Shown here piece after piece: positions 11,041 through 21,315 of a stretch of DNA of 64,000 nucleotides (position 1 is the first letter of the stretch; each line of letters begins with the position of its first letter). A program made the translations under genes and the position numbers. The notes beneath the pieces were generated by a model, which ran no database searches, had not been told where the DNA came from, and worked only from the letters and a program-made list of their open reading frames with translations. The stretch comes from an uncultured virus (IMG/VR IMGVR_UViG_3300000304_000066) (lineage: Duplodnaviria; Heunggongvirae; Uroviricota; Caudoviricetes). The DNA is taken from the IMG/VR virus record IMGVR_UViG_3300000304_000066; one strand, 5' to 3'.

Positions 11041-11584
11041 ATATTGGTAGCATATCAGTTTGGTTATTCATTTGCTCTTCAATTAATTCCCATTCATGTG
11101 AAGTAAGCCATTTCCACATAGTTTTCATATAACTTAATTTACCAGTTATAGTCTTATCCGAAATTTCATAATTTAATGCCGATATAATTCTATCATGAAG
11201 TTGAGGATTTCCTTTTACTAGTTTGTTATAATACTCTCTACATTTCTTTATATTACTTCTAAGAAAACCTTTAGTACCATCTGGTCTAATAACCATAGTA
11301 GGATATAACATATAGAATTGCTCAAAAAGTGTATTTTTAGGAGTTATCTTTTCTGTTAATTCCTTAGTTGGTTTATAAATAACCTTAGTATTATCGGTAA
11401 TCTTTTGAATAAGATTTCTGTCGATTAAATCTTGTATCTCATTATCACTGACCAGGCGAATAATGGTGGTGATACCTTGATTGAATTTTTGATTTTTATC
11501 TAATACAAGACTTAAAAATACTAGCTGATTAATTGATAATTTACCTATTGTTTTAAGTAGGTTTGTATCAATTTCAATAATCAT
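11021..11584 (-). CDS. putative replication initiator / helicase-loader-associated protein
   Basis: wHTH-like N-terminus and FEQFYMLYP motif; lies directly upstream of DnaB. Confidence 0.5.
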   Translation of the reverse strand: MIIEIDTNLLKTIGKLSINQLVFLSLVLDKNQKFNQGITTIIRLVSDNEIQDLIDRNLIQKITDNTKVIYKPTKELTEKITPKNTLFEQFYMLYPTMVIRPDGTKGFLRSNIKKCREYYNKLVKGNPQLHDRIISALNYEISDKTITGKLSYMKTMWKWLTSHEWELIEEQMNNQTDMLPIYGTQLR

Positions 11585-11637
11585 GCTCTATTTATTTTAG
11601 AACCTGATAATGATATGATAGAATCTGTAAGAATTTG

Positions 11638-13545
11638 TTAAAAATCAAACAGGTTTAGTTGTCTTGGTTTTAATTGTTCAATTATCTTTGTACATTGGAT
11701 TATATAATATTGATAATTAATATCATATATACTTTGGAATGTTTCTCCTTGAGAATATTTCCATTGTAAATCCTCATCAGAATAAAGTCTATTGTGTAAT
11801 TTTACACCATATCCTTTTAACATATTCTGATATTGTTTTTTTCCTGTCTCATCAGTTTTCCATTTCCATAGATAATATCCATTATTACTAACGTAAAATC
11901 TATTAGTTCTTTGCTGAATTTGTTCGTTATACTCAACTGTCCATTGCTTTCCAGTCTTTTCAGCTTGTAAGAATTTACGAATATCTCTACAAGATTCTAT
12001 AGTTTCTTTAACAGGAATACCATCTACAAAGTAATTGATAATTGCTTCAGGTATAATTTTAGGAGTTAAACCTTTACCTAATTCAATATTAGTTAGGAAA
12101 AATCCTTTCTTTTTTATTTTATTGTTTGGTTCTACTCCGAAATAATCATTAATTGCCAATTGATAAAACTGAGTAAATTCCTCAGTTTCCAGAGTAAGCA
12201 TAGTAAGTTCTTCCCATTCCTTTAATACTTGTTGTAATTCTTTATATTTAGCCTTTTTAAGCTTATATAAGATACCATCAGTATTAATCTGATATAACTT
12301 ACATCCTAATTTTAAAAGTCTTTCAGCAAGCATTAAAAGCAACAATTGACCATTAATTCTTACTTGCATTACAGTAAACGGTGAATATAACCAAGATGTT
12401 TCATCTTGCATTTTACCCGATACACCATTTAACATGTATTTATATGTTTCGTTTTTGTTCTTCTGGCCAGTTCTCTTAAATTCTAATCGATCATCAATAA
12501 TTTGTGGAAATATTTGTTCTAATACATCCTTTAATTTAGGTGGGTAAAGATGATACATTCTCATAAGAGATGGGTATAGTGAATTAACATCACTATCTAA
12601 TAATAATTCATCTTCATCTGGTTTAATAATACAAGTACCATTATCACCATGAATACCACCTACTCCAATAGTTACTTCCATTTCACCAAATATAAAAGTA
12701 TTTATATATCCTTTTCTACCTGGTGATATATGATGCTGATTTTTCATATCAGCAAGTTTACTTTGTAATATTGGAGATTCAAATTTTATCCAAGGAAATA
12801 TTACTTTTTCAAGATCTACGTAATCAGCTGGAGATTTCATATTCTCTAATTGCTTCTTACTTAATCCTGTTTTTTCCATTACTTTTAATTGAAGTAATTT
12901 ATCTCCTAAATTTACTCGATCTAAACTTAAGCAAGGTAATCCAAAATCTTTTTCGGTTTCTACACGTAATTCTAGTAGATCTTTACATCTATATAATAAT
13001 TCTTCAGTAGATTCTACATCATTAATATTATAAGATATTAATTTATCCATATCTTTTTCTGGAAGATCTTGGTGCCAATCTACTATAAATTCTTCTACAT
13101 TCTTATATTGCATTGTTACTTGCATCTCTTTTAAAGATACTCGTAATGCTTTAGAATATAGCATAGTTAATAGGTCTATTGATAAGAAATTTTTAGTATA
13201 CTTATATTCTTTCCATAAGTCAAAATTAGAATCTTTATCAATTACTATCTGACTCATTCTAAATACAGATTCAGTTATTTGTCTAGTATTAAAATATTCA
13301 AAATATCTTTTAGTAAATAGAGAAAATAAATAATTTAATACGGGATTATCATAATGATGGTTATTATATCCAACAAAATAACAATCTTGTTTAAAATATT
13401 CATACAATTTTTCAATATCTACTTTTCTTGAAGATATTTCAAATATATTAATAATATTTGTATCTGTATTTTTACAAGTACAAGTAAATATATTTTTTAA
13501 AACTTCAATATCAAAGACTATACAGGTTTTGTCTTTTATTTTCAT
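11638..13545 (-). CDS. family B DNA polymerase
   Basis: FDIE exonuclease motif, DVNSLYP, KYMLNGVSG, INTDG. Start moved to ATG 13545 because the track start lies inside the tRNA. Confidence 0.92.
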   Translation of the reverse strand: MKIKDKTCIVFDIEVLKNIFTCTCKNTDTNIINIFEISSRKVDIEKLYEYFKQDCYFVGYNNHHYDNPVLNYLFSLFTKRYFEYFNTRQITESVFRMSQIVIDKDSNFDLWKEYKYTKNFLSIDLLTMLYSKALRVSLKEMQVTMQYKNVEEFIVDWHQDLPEKDMDKLISYNINDVESTEELLYRCKDLLELRVETEKDFGLPCLSLDRVNLGDKLLQLKVMEKTGLSKKQLENMKSPADYVDLEKVIFPWIKFESPILQSKLADMKNQHHISPGRKGYINTFIFGEMEVTIGVGGIHGDNGTCIIKPDEDELLLDSDVNSLYPSLMRMYHLYPPKLKDVLEQIFPQIIDDRLEFKRTGQKNKNETYKYMLNGVSGKMQDETSWLYSPFTVMQVRINGQLLLLMLAERLLKLGCKLYQINTDGILYKLKKAKYKELQQVLKEWEELTMLTLETEEFTQFYQLAINDYFGVEPNNKIKKKGFFLTNIELGKGLTPKIIPEAIINYFVDGIPVKETIESCRDIRKFLQAEKTGKQWTVEYNEQIQQRTNRFYVSNNGYYLWKWKTDETGKKQYQNMLKGYGVKLHNRLYSDEDLQWKYSQGETFQSIYDINYQYYIIQCTKIIEQLKPRQLNLFDF

Positions 13546-13560
13546 ATACTGTACTATTAG

Positions 13561-13633
13561 TTGCAAGAGAAAGACTCGAACTTTCAACCTTTGGCTTGTG
13601 AGACCAACGCGCTACCAATTGCGCCATCTTGCG
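13561..13633 (-). tRNA. tRNA with CAC anticodon (nominally Val) and an initiator-fMet-like body
   Basis: 73-nt cloverleaf CGCAAGA..GCGC/GCGC..UUGGU-CUCACAA-GCCAA..GAAAG-UUCGAGU-CUUUC-UCUUGCA-A; C1xA72 mismatch. Confidence 0.85.
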
Positions 13634-13671
13634 ATATTGTGCGATTATACAGACGCACCCCTGTTGTAAAA

Positions 13672-14898
13672 TTAAGCTGCTTTTTGCTTAGAGTTTTCTT
13701 CTTTTTTCTTAAATGCTTCTTCCTTCGCTTTTTGTGCGACAATTTTTTGCCAATTATCAGAAACGAAGTACATTACAGCTTTTTCTACATTTGCTACTTT
13801 AGCTTCGATTTTTGCATATTTCTTATCCTTCTTTGCGAAGCATTTGTTTCTGGAAGTTAAGAAGTTTAATAAATCTCCTGGGAAGATTTTCATCTCCCTT
13901 GTTTCCGATAAGAACAATTCATTATTGTCATTAATCTTATAAATATTAATGAAATAATCTTTTACTTTTGGATTATCAACTCTTTTTACAAGTTGATCTG
14001 CATTAAATGGTCGAGCAACGACCTTGATCTTTACTTTGGGAACTTTAATTCCACCCTTAGTAAGATACATAGCTCGTTTATCTTCTTGTTTCTTATTACG
14101 AGCTAGCTGTGCTTTCTTGAACGCTTCTAAATCTTTAGCTGCTTTTTGTTTTTGAGTTAATTCAACGATTTGAAGTTTTTCCATTCGTTTAACCCGTTTT
14201 GCAACTAACATCTCTAAGCGTTCCGTTTCATTCTTTTTACGTTTCTCTTGACGAGACTTAAATCCTTCAGGATCAGCTTGTTTCTCAGATTTTTGACGTC
14301 TCATTTCTGCCATATAATTTTCATAGGCAATACGACGTTTTTCCTCCTCAGAAATTGTACGCTCTTCCTTAGTAGTGCGTTTCGTATCAAGTTTCTTTTC
14401 TTTGCGATCTTTGTGTTTATGAAGTTCATTTAAAGCTTTATTTATTGCTTTTTCTTTACGAGTTTCTTTTATTTTAGCTCTCTCTTCATCAGTTATATGA
14501 ATTTTTTCCATTTTCTCTGCATGTTTGACCTCTATAATTTTTGCATTTTCTTCTTGTTTTTTTCTAACTATTTTAATATAATCTTCATAAACTTTTTTAT
14601 CTTCTTCCTTAGCCCATTTACCTACGTGATAAAAAGGAATAGTTTTATTTAACTCAATACGAGCTGTATTTTTTCTTTCACGTTTAGCTTGTGCAGCTTC
14701 TTTACGTTTCTTAGTAGCTTCTGCTATAAGTTCTTCTTTTCTACTAATCCAAGCTTTTTCAATTTCTTCTTTCTTAATTGCAGCATTAAGAATACGATCT
14801 GCAAGCTCATTTGCATTATTAATAATAGTACTTGTTAAATTTTTAGCTTTATCTATAATAGAACTATTATTTGTTGATTTGATATCATTTGTTTTCAT
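13672..14898 (-). CDS. K/E/R-rich coiled-coil protein, C-terminus ...QKAA
   Basis: Long charged helical ORF; start moved to ATG 14898 (MKTNDIK). Confidence 0.7.
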   Translation of the reverse strand: MKTNDIKSTNNSSIIDKAKNLTSTIINNANELADRILNAAIKKEEIEKAWISRKEELIAEATKKRKEAAQAKRERKNTARIELNKTIPFYHVGKWAKEEDKKVYEDYIKIVRKKQEENAKIIEVKHAEKMEKIHITDEERAKIKETRKEKAINKALNELHKHKDRKEKKLDTKRTTKEERTISEEEKRRIAYENYMAEMRRQKSEKQADPEGFKSRQEKRKKNETERLEMLVAKRVKRMEKLQIVELTQKQKAAKDLEAFKKAQLARNKKQEDKRAMYLTKGGIKVPKVKIKVVARPFNADQLVKRVDNPKVKDYFINIYKINDNNELFLSETREMKIFPGDLLNFLTSRNKCFAKKDKKYAKIEAKVANVEKAVMYFVSDNWQKIVAQKAKEEAFKKKEENSKQKAA

Positions 14899-14944
14899 AA
14901 ATTTTGATAATTTAAAATTGTTTAAAATAATTTTCGGAACTTGA

Positions 14945-15009
14945 GGTTTGCCTGGGATTCGAACCCAACTTGCCAGATTACTATTCCAACCAAATGGTAA
15001 CGACAAACC
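14945..15009 (-). ncRNA. tRNA-like structure lacking a D-arm
   Basis: GGUUUGU/GCAAACC acceptor-like stem, UUGGG-UUCGAAU-CCCAG T-arm and one internal stem UUACCA/UGGCAA. Confidence 0.55.
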
Positions 15010-15016
15010 ATTAATT

Positions 15017-15526
15017 TTATGCTGCTAAATACATATAAGTTTTATCTGTATCTAACTCGGCATTACTGTTAAAATCCTCTAATTTCTTTTTCAGTTCGAT
15101 TATTTCTAGTTGTAAATTATTTCGCATCTTAGTTAAGAAATCACGAGTTAACTCCTCTTCCTCGTTCAACTTCTTTTTACCTTTTTTCATTTTAAAGATA
15201 GGATCGATAGTTGCTTTCTCAATAAGAATACCAATCTGAACAAACTGCTCATTAATTTCAGATAACTTAAAGATAGTAGGATAAATACATTCTTTAGGTA
15301 AATCTGTACGAGATTTAAATCCCATATTAATACACAACTGATCTAATTTACACTGAATTCGGTCATTAGCTTTACTTTGGATATCATATAGCAATGATTT
15401 CATATCATAATGACGTTTGTATCCTTTTTTTACTTTATTCTCATTACGAATAATATTCCACTGCCAAGTAATATCTTTGTGTAACTTCTCCAATTTTGCC
15501 TTAATATCTGTTGATTTCATACTCAT
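15017..15526 (-). CDS. hypothetical helical protein, C-terminus ...YMYLAA
   Basis: 169-aa ORF. Confidence 0.75.
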   Translation of the reverse strand: MSMKSTDIKAKLEKLHKDITWQWNIIRNENKVKKGYKRHYDMKSLLYDIQSKANDRIQCKLDQLCINMGFKSRTDLPKECIYPTIFKLSEINEQFVQIGILIEKATIDPIFKMKKGKKKLNEEEELTRDFLTKMRNNLQLEIIELKKKLEDFNSNAELDTDKTYMYLAA

Positions 15527-15804
15527 ATATAAATTGATTTTAAATTAATAACTCATTTTAATAAATCTCTTTATACTTGAATTTGACTCAACTACCTGTG
15601 AAGGCACGCTCACCCTTGATGTGATATCTTCTTCTTATTCTCGAAGCTAGCCACCTACTTAGTATCCATTACAAATACATTATCGTGCCCATATATAATG
15701 TAGGGAATACACTCACCAATTTCCCTACATTAATGAAAAATATCTTGAGTAAGATAAAATAATTTAACTCATCTGTATTATTTTTCTTACTTATGGTATT
15801 CTAT

Positions 15805-16332
15805 TTATGGACGACGGAATAGAACTTGAGTAGGATTACTCAAATCTACTACAACAGCTTGGCCTGAACCATCTTTTATAACAACACCATTTACTAATAC
15901 ATTTGACTTATTTTTCTTCCCTCTCTCAACTACAGGAGAATCTTCAGTCATTGTTTTAATATCAGGCGCTAATACAAAGCGATAAGCTACAAATATGGCG
16001 GAAATAGCCAAGCTATAATTTCCGTCTTTATAATATTCAGTAAAACGTCGACATAGATCTTCATATGCGGCGTCATTACGACCACTACCGAAACCGGTTA
16101 TTATCTTAATTAGTCTAAGACAAATCATCTCAGGACTAAGCGTTTTTTCAGCTCCAAATAAACGATTAATCCATTTATTTGAAGTTTTACCAATCGTTAT
16201 AGATCCATCTTTGTTTACTGTAATGTATTTTGCTAGATCTTTCTCATCTGTTTCTAGCAAAGTCATTACAAGTTCTTTATCAGATATCATGTAAGATAGA
16301 TCTCTAAATGCCCACGCACTTAAGGCATCCAT
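15805..16332 (-). CDS. hypothetical protein
   Basis: 175-aa ORF. Confidence 0.75.
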   Translation of the reverse strand: MDALSAWAFRDLSYMISDKELVMTLLETDEKDLAKYITVNKDGSITIGKTSNKWINRLFGAEKTLSPEMICLRLIKIITGFGSGRNDAAYEDLCRRFTEYYKDGNYSLAISAIFVAYRFVLAPDIKTMTEDSPVVERGKKNKSNVLVNGVVIKDGSGQAVVVDLSNPTQVLFRRP

Positions 16333-16337
16333 AAGAA

Positions 16338-16874
16338 TCAGATATTAATGTCAATACCAAACTCTTTCATTGCGACTTTACAAGCTGCAATCTCTGTCTC
16401 ATTAGCCTCTGCCAATGTACCACAGAATTTCATCTGCTGATTCAAGAAGTTCTGCAATGTTTTCTTCTCATCCAAATTCAATGCAATAACTTCCCGTAAC
16501 AATTTTTCATAATCAGTAAAGATAGTAATATCTTCCCGATTAGACCGTTCATACTTCTCAATAGCTGCTTTTACTGTAGCTGCCGATGGAATAGGAATAA
16601 CCTTATTAATATCATCAATATTGGCTATATCAAGCCGTAATTGAGGATTATGGTTAAACTCAACTTTAGATTCGTTATTCATAGTAGTAATAATCTCTAC
16701 TGATGTAACCTCAATTGGTTTAATCGAATAGAGATGAATTGCCCGACTAAGCCGTAACAAATCATTCTTAACTGCATCAGAATATCCAGGATCTACTGGA
16801 TTCCGTTCTACAACCAAAATCTTTTTACCCAATGTTGCGCCACATTGTGCAGCATTAATTCGCATATGATTCAT
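16338..16874 (-). CDS. hypothetical protein directly downstream of the large non-coding tract
   Basis: 178-aa ORF preceded by a hairpin and AAGGAGG. Confidence 0.75.
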   Translation of the reverse strand: MNHMRINAAQCGATLGKKILVVERNPVDPGYSDAVKNDLLRLSRAIHLYSIKPIEVTSVEIITTMNNESKVEFNHNPQLRLDIANIDDINKVIPIPSAATVKAAIEKYERSNREDITIFTDYEKLLREVIALNLDEKKTLQNFLNQQMKFCGTLAEANETEIAACKVAMKEFGIDINI

Positions 16875-16959
16875 AATTCATTTCCTCCTTGATTTCGTGG
16901 TTGATTCCACCAACGAAATGTTTTAATGTTAAACTATTAATTCTTAAGTTAAAAGTAAA

Positions 16960-19370
16960 TAAACTCATTTCTAATACTGGAGTGTTGTTCATACAGGGGC
17001 TTGTTGCTCGGCAGCCTGTTGCGTAACTCAATCGCTACTCCAAGTTTCTTCTATATACTTGATAAGATAGAGTAGATTCTATTTCACTATGTAATCACGC
17101 TATTGACTATTACTCTAGCTACCTACATAGACATACTTAAGTAGATACTTCCTCTTCTTAAGCACTACGTTATCATTTGTAGATTGTAGGACTAGTCTTA
17201 CTTTAGAATCATTCTTTACTTTTCACACTTTTGATGAAGGTTACGTATTAAAGATCTAAGTGTCTTTTACGATTGTCCTAACATCAGACTAATGAGATCC
17301 TACGACATCAAAGTGAGTCACAAGATCAACATATTAAATACTATCTTCTACCGCTGTATATTGATAGGGATGTGTATATGCTAATAATTTAAATCATTTC
17401 TAGGCTTCTCTAGCAAATGTTATATACATTGTCAATACAAATATACTATAAAGTATGCACACTTTAGATTGGCCTAAGTATGCTGACTAGATATAATAAA
17501 TTATATAGGACTACATTATCGAATGCTCCACACATACGGTCGTTTTAAGAACGTTACCAAACTCAACTCTACCAGTCATTTCACCCTGAAGTGGTTGCCA
17601 CTTGTTCTTTCACATGCAGTATACTGCCCATGTGACCCTTACGAGGATTTTTCTATTTTACAAGCACGAATATTGAGGACTTTCACCTACTTTCCATTTA
17701 CTCTTACTTACGACAGGTCTAAAGGTCTATAAGTTTTAATGAAACGCTTTCTATTGAACATTATATCATTGCGGTAATATAACTCTAATAGTTTTAATTT
17801 AGCAATAACGGTTGGCTTGCTAAGGTCGCATTCATCCTAAGTAATTATCTATCTTTACAACAGTAGTTTATTACTATTATAAGACCAGCGAGGACTTCCT
17901 TAGAATTTTGGTTATTCGGGATTTTGGCCCCTACGTTGTTAAACAATAATGATATTCTTTATTTAAGAGGAAATATGACTCTCGGGCCAGTGATGAATCG
18001 TTAGATTCAGAGCAATATTTATATATTTCGAAACAACCTATGGTATATAATATTACTTTTATTCTAGTTTTCTAGACTTGAATTTAGCCCATTGATTCTA
18101 TACAAACCCTACTTTCGCTGTATATCTTAAGGAAAGCTTAAACTGAACTTTAACACATTTTTCAGACTACCCTACTGACAGTTGTGTTGACTGGTCGTTA
18201 AATATCTTTTATCGGGAGGATCAGTTCCCATTATAAGCGAATACTATTTTTTATTCGTATGCCAATGTTGCCAGCATTGTCTTATAATATGAATTAGTGA
18301 TGTGGTTCACTTTTTCAAACCTCTACGTTTCCATCTATTATCGTGATACAACTCAATTGTAGAAAATACGATCACGGTTGATATAATAGTTCTATAAAGT
18401 ATAGGTTTGGCACCTAATCCGGATAATCTGTCATATATACTATAATAATAAGTTCCGATTTATTTTATTTATATATATGGATCATAGCCACTCAGCCATA
18501 TGCTCTAAAGTAATAACACAGACTGTTGTCCTTTACTTCCACGAGTAAAAAACTGCAGAATTGTACTGCTTTACTTTATTACGTAGCACTCTATAGCACC
18601 CTCTATTATACCTAATCCCCTTTATAACTACATTACCTTACATTTTAATGTAAGTGTTCCAGCACTACTGTAGTAAACACTAGGATAGCAAATTTATTTA
18701 ACTTATTCATCCAACTTACGATAGAATGAATTCAGTAAGGTAGCTTTGGACACTACCTGGAACTTAGTCAGTTCTTTGTTGAGTATTCTATTACCCTTTG
18801 TAATAGTTGCAGCTGCCGTTTTAAGTCCCTTCTTGATTTCGAGATTGGTTTCTCCCACGGACTCTTTACGAAGTTTATTATTGTCTTACTCTAGACGTAT
18901 AATTATATCTGTCACTAATATAATTATAATAATTACTGAGGCATACTCCGTACATCGTTTATCTTAGTGGTTCCCTACTTTATCGGTAAGCACATCGAAG
19001 TGTCTTTTAATTTCTCCACCAGACGGTTCTCGAGATTTATGGGTTGATGCTAACACTTTCCCATTTTCTTACTAACGTTTCCGAAGTAAAGGAATAAAAC
19101 TTCATAGTAAGTTATCATGCTCTTGGCTCAATATATACATTTGGAGAATGTATATTATTCCTACGGCATCCTGTATTCCTTGTCCATATCATACGATCTG
19201 CTTGGCCTTTGCTCGTCCTAATATAATATGCGCTGTCTTATTGCATTTTAAGTCTTACAGCTACAATACGACTGTTCTTCTTATTATAGGGGAGAACTTG
19301 TTTTCCCTATGGGCATTCTTTGTAACCCTGTATTACTTACTCGATCTGTCTAAAGATCATAAAATGTGAA
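16960..19370 (-). ncRNA. candidate giant structured non-coding RNA (~2.4 kb); boundaries approximate
   Basis: No minus-strand ORF of 60 aa or more; dense hairpins and junctions; embedded in a minus-strand gene run. Confidence 0.6.
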
Positions 19371-19440
19371 AACAAACAAAATAATAGTAATAAAATTATT
19401 CCTATAAGTGATAATATTTCTAATATTTATTTCTTTGTCT

Positions 19441-19842
19441 TCATCTCCTCACCGTTTTAGGTAACTCAATACTTGGTACGTGAAGATGAGGTTCCGGTAA
19501 GGAAAATAACACTACCTTCTCCAAGTATTCAGTTTTTGTTTCATATTTTACCTCCTTTTTTATAACGGGTTTCTCTACTACCTTTTCCACGATTTTCGTG
19601 GGGTGATTTACGGTAACATCAACATCAGTGATCGGCATATCACTTTTTACGTTGGAAATACCTTTTTCTAGATCAATCTCTAAGGACAAATTGTCCTTAG
19701 GATTGAATTTTAATGTAGGTAAGTCTATTGGTTTCGAACTTGCCTGAACTTCTCCAATATTGGAAAAATTCGTATTGTAAGCTAATAATATACCTACAAT
19801 AGCAAATGCAATGTATGTAAGTAAATTGCCATCTTTATTCAT
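19441..19842 (-). CDS. membrane-anchored hypothetical protein
   Basis: N-terminal TM segment LLTYIAFAIVGILLAY. Confidence 0.7.
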   Translation of the reverse strand: MNKDGNLLTYIAFAIVGILLAYNTNFSNIGEVQASSKPIDLPTLKFNPKDNLSLEIDLEKGISNVKSDMPITDVDVTVNHPTKIVEKVVEKPVIKKEVKYETKTEYLEKVVLFSLPEPHLHVPSIELPKTVRR

Positions 19843-19864
19843 TTTGATAATGTTTATAAGATTA

Positions 19865-21226
19865 TTATTGAGCTAATGCTTTAGGATATTCATCCTCTTT
19901 ATAGAGATCAAATGCGGCATCTTTATCAACATAAAGATTGCGAATTTCAATCATCTTATTTGTAACTTTTAGATGAAATTGAGGATCAGCAAGATGGAAC
20001 TCGCTTTTATAAGCTTCTTTGAACTTATTCATGATTTTCTTTGCTGTAGCAATTTGAGTTGCATTTTCAGCAGAATAATCAATTCTTGGAACTTCACTAT
20101 CAATCGGAACATGTAGGAAGAATTCCCGAGTAGGTTCAAGAATGCCGTTCTTTACAGCTAGAGATTCATCAATTGGTTTACTAGGATCATCTTGTCGAAT
20201 CTTAATAAACGATTTTAATAGATCAGCAACTTCCTCTTCACTCAATACCGGTAAATTATATTTAATTGTCGAATGAGCAAATATAGGATTATGATCTACA
20301 ATTAACGAAGAAACTGTACCTTGACACAAACCTCGTACAAGTGCAGTTGACTTATTTCCTAATAAGGATACTGCATCTTCAAATAAAGCACCAAGACCTA
20401 TTTTATCCCAAGTAGCTTTCTTTTCAGTATCTGTCTCTTGATTTTGACGATATTGTCTTACTTTCATAAGACATTCGTTAAATCTATTCGGAAATGGTGT
20501 ATTTGGCTGTACCAAAACATAACTTAATCCTTTCTTTGCTTCTTCATCAGAAGTCCATTTCGTAGGATTAAGCTCCGGAGTTACTTTTTTTTCTTCTTTA
20601 ATCTCTTCTTTAGCTGCTTTTTCAGTCTCAGGAGAAATCTCCTTAAACTGTAATGTCATTTGTCCATCATTACTAGTATGAGGTGCTAATGCTACACCTA
20701 AACTATTAAATGTATCAATAACATCTTGAACAACTACATCATCATTAGGAACCGCAATACCTAATTCCAACTTCTCTTCACGAGCCTGAATAGTAGCTTT
20801 GGTTAATCCCCAAGCTAGATTATAAGTAAATGCTTGTTCCATCTTGATTGTAGCCGGCTCACCTGGTTTCATATTTGCTATATGCCGCTGAGCAACATCT
20901 AACAAACGTGCATAACCATCACCAGACATTCGTTGTTCTGGTTTTAGCTTAATATTATCTAAACTAACTGTAGAAGGAATAGTTTCTTGCTTTTGTGGTT
21001 TAACCTCTTCTACTTTAACTTCCTCTACAGAAGGATCTTCTGCAGGTGGTGGAGTAGGATCGGTCTTCTTATCTTCCTTCTTAGGCTTAGGATCTGCTTT
21101 AGGCTTAGTATCCTCTGCCTTCTTTGCAGGATTGGTTACTTGTGCAGTAGTTGCACTTATATTCTTATCCTCTTTCTTCTCAGTCGTCTTTGGCTGAGAG
21201 TTATTTTTATTATTCTTCTTAGACAT
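19865..21226 (-). CDS. hypothetical protein with disordered K/E/P-rich N-terminus
   Basis: 453-aa ORF. Confidence 0.8.
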   Translation of the reverse strand: MSKKNNKNNSQPKTTEKKEDKNISATTAQVTNPAKKAEDTKPKADPKPKKEDKKTDPTPPPAEDPSVEEVKVEEVKPQKQETIPSTVSLDNIKLKPEQRMSGDGYARLLDVAQRHIANMKPGEPATIKMEQAFTYNLAWGLTKATIQAREEKLELGIAVPNDDVVVQDVIDTFNSLGVALAPHTSNDGQMTLQFKEISPETEKAAKEEIKEEKKVTPELNPTKWTSDEEAKKGLSYVLVQPNTPFPNRFNECLMKVRQYRQNQETDTEKKATWDKIGLGALFEDAVSLLGNKSTALVRGLCQGTVSSLIVDHNPIFAHSTIKYNLPVLSEEEVADLLKSFIKIRQDDPSKPIDESLAVKNGILEPTREFFLHVPIDSEVPRIDYSAENATQIATAKKIMNKFKEAYKSEFHLADPQFHLKVTNKMIEIRNLYVDKDAAFDLYKEDEYPKALAQ

Positions 21227-21315
21227 AATAATTGATTTATTTACTGTCCTTTACAGTTTTAAAAATTAATAAACTAGATGTAATTATTTTTATAATGATC
21301 CCGATTCTTTTCTCT

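Noticed and set aside
17523..19369. Three plus-strand ORFs of 69-73 aa
   Set aside because: They are antisense to the gene run, lack protein-like composition and are best explained as chance ORFs.
16960..19370. Group II intron or RNase P RNA as the identity of the large non-coding tract
   Set aside because: No complete domain V hairpin (GAACCGUCUG near 19030 has no partner strand), no RT ORF, no split flanking gene, and no RNase P P4 signature pair found by eye.
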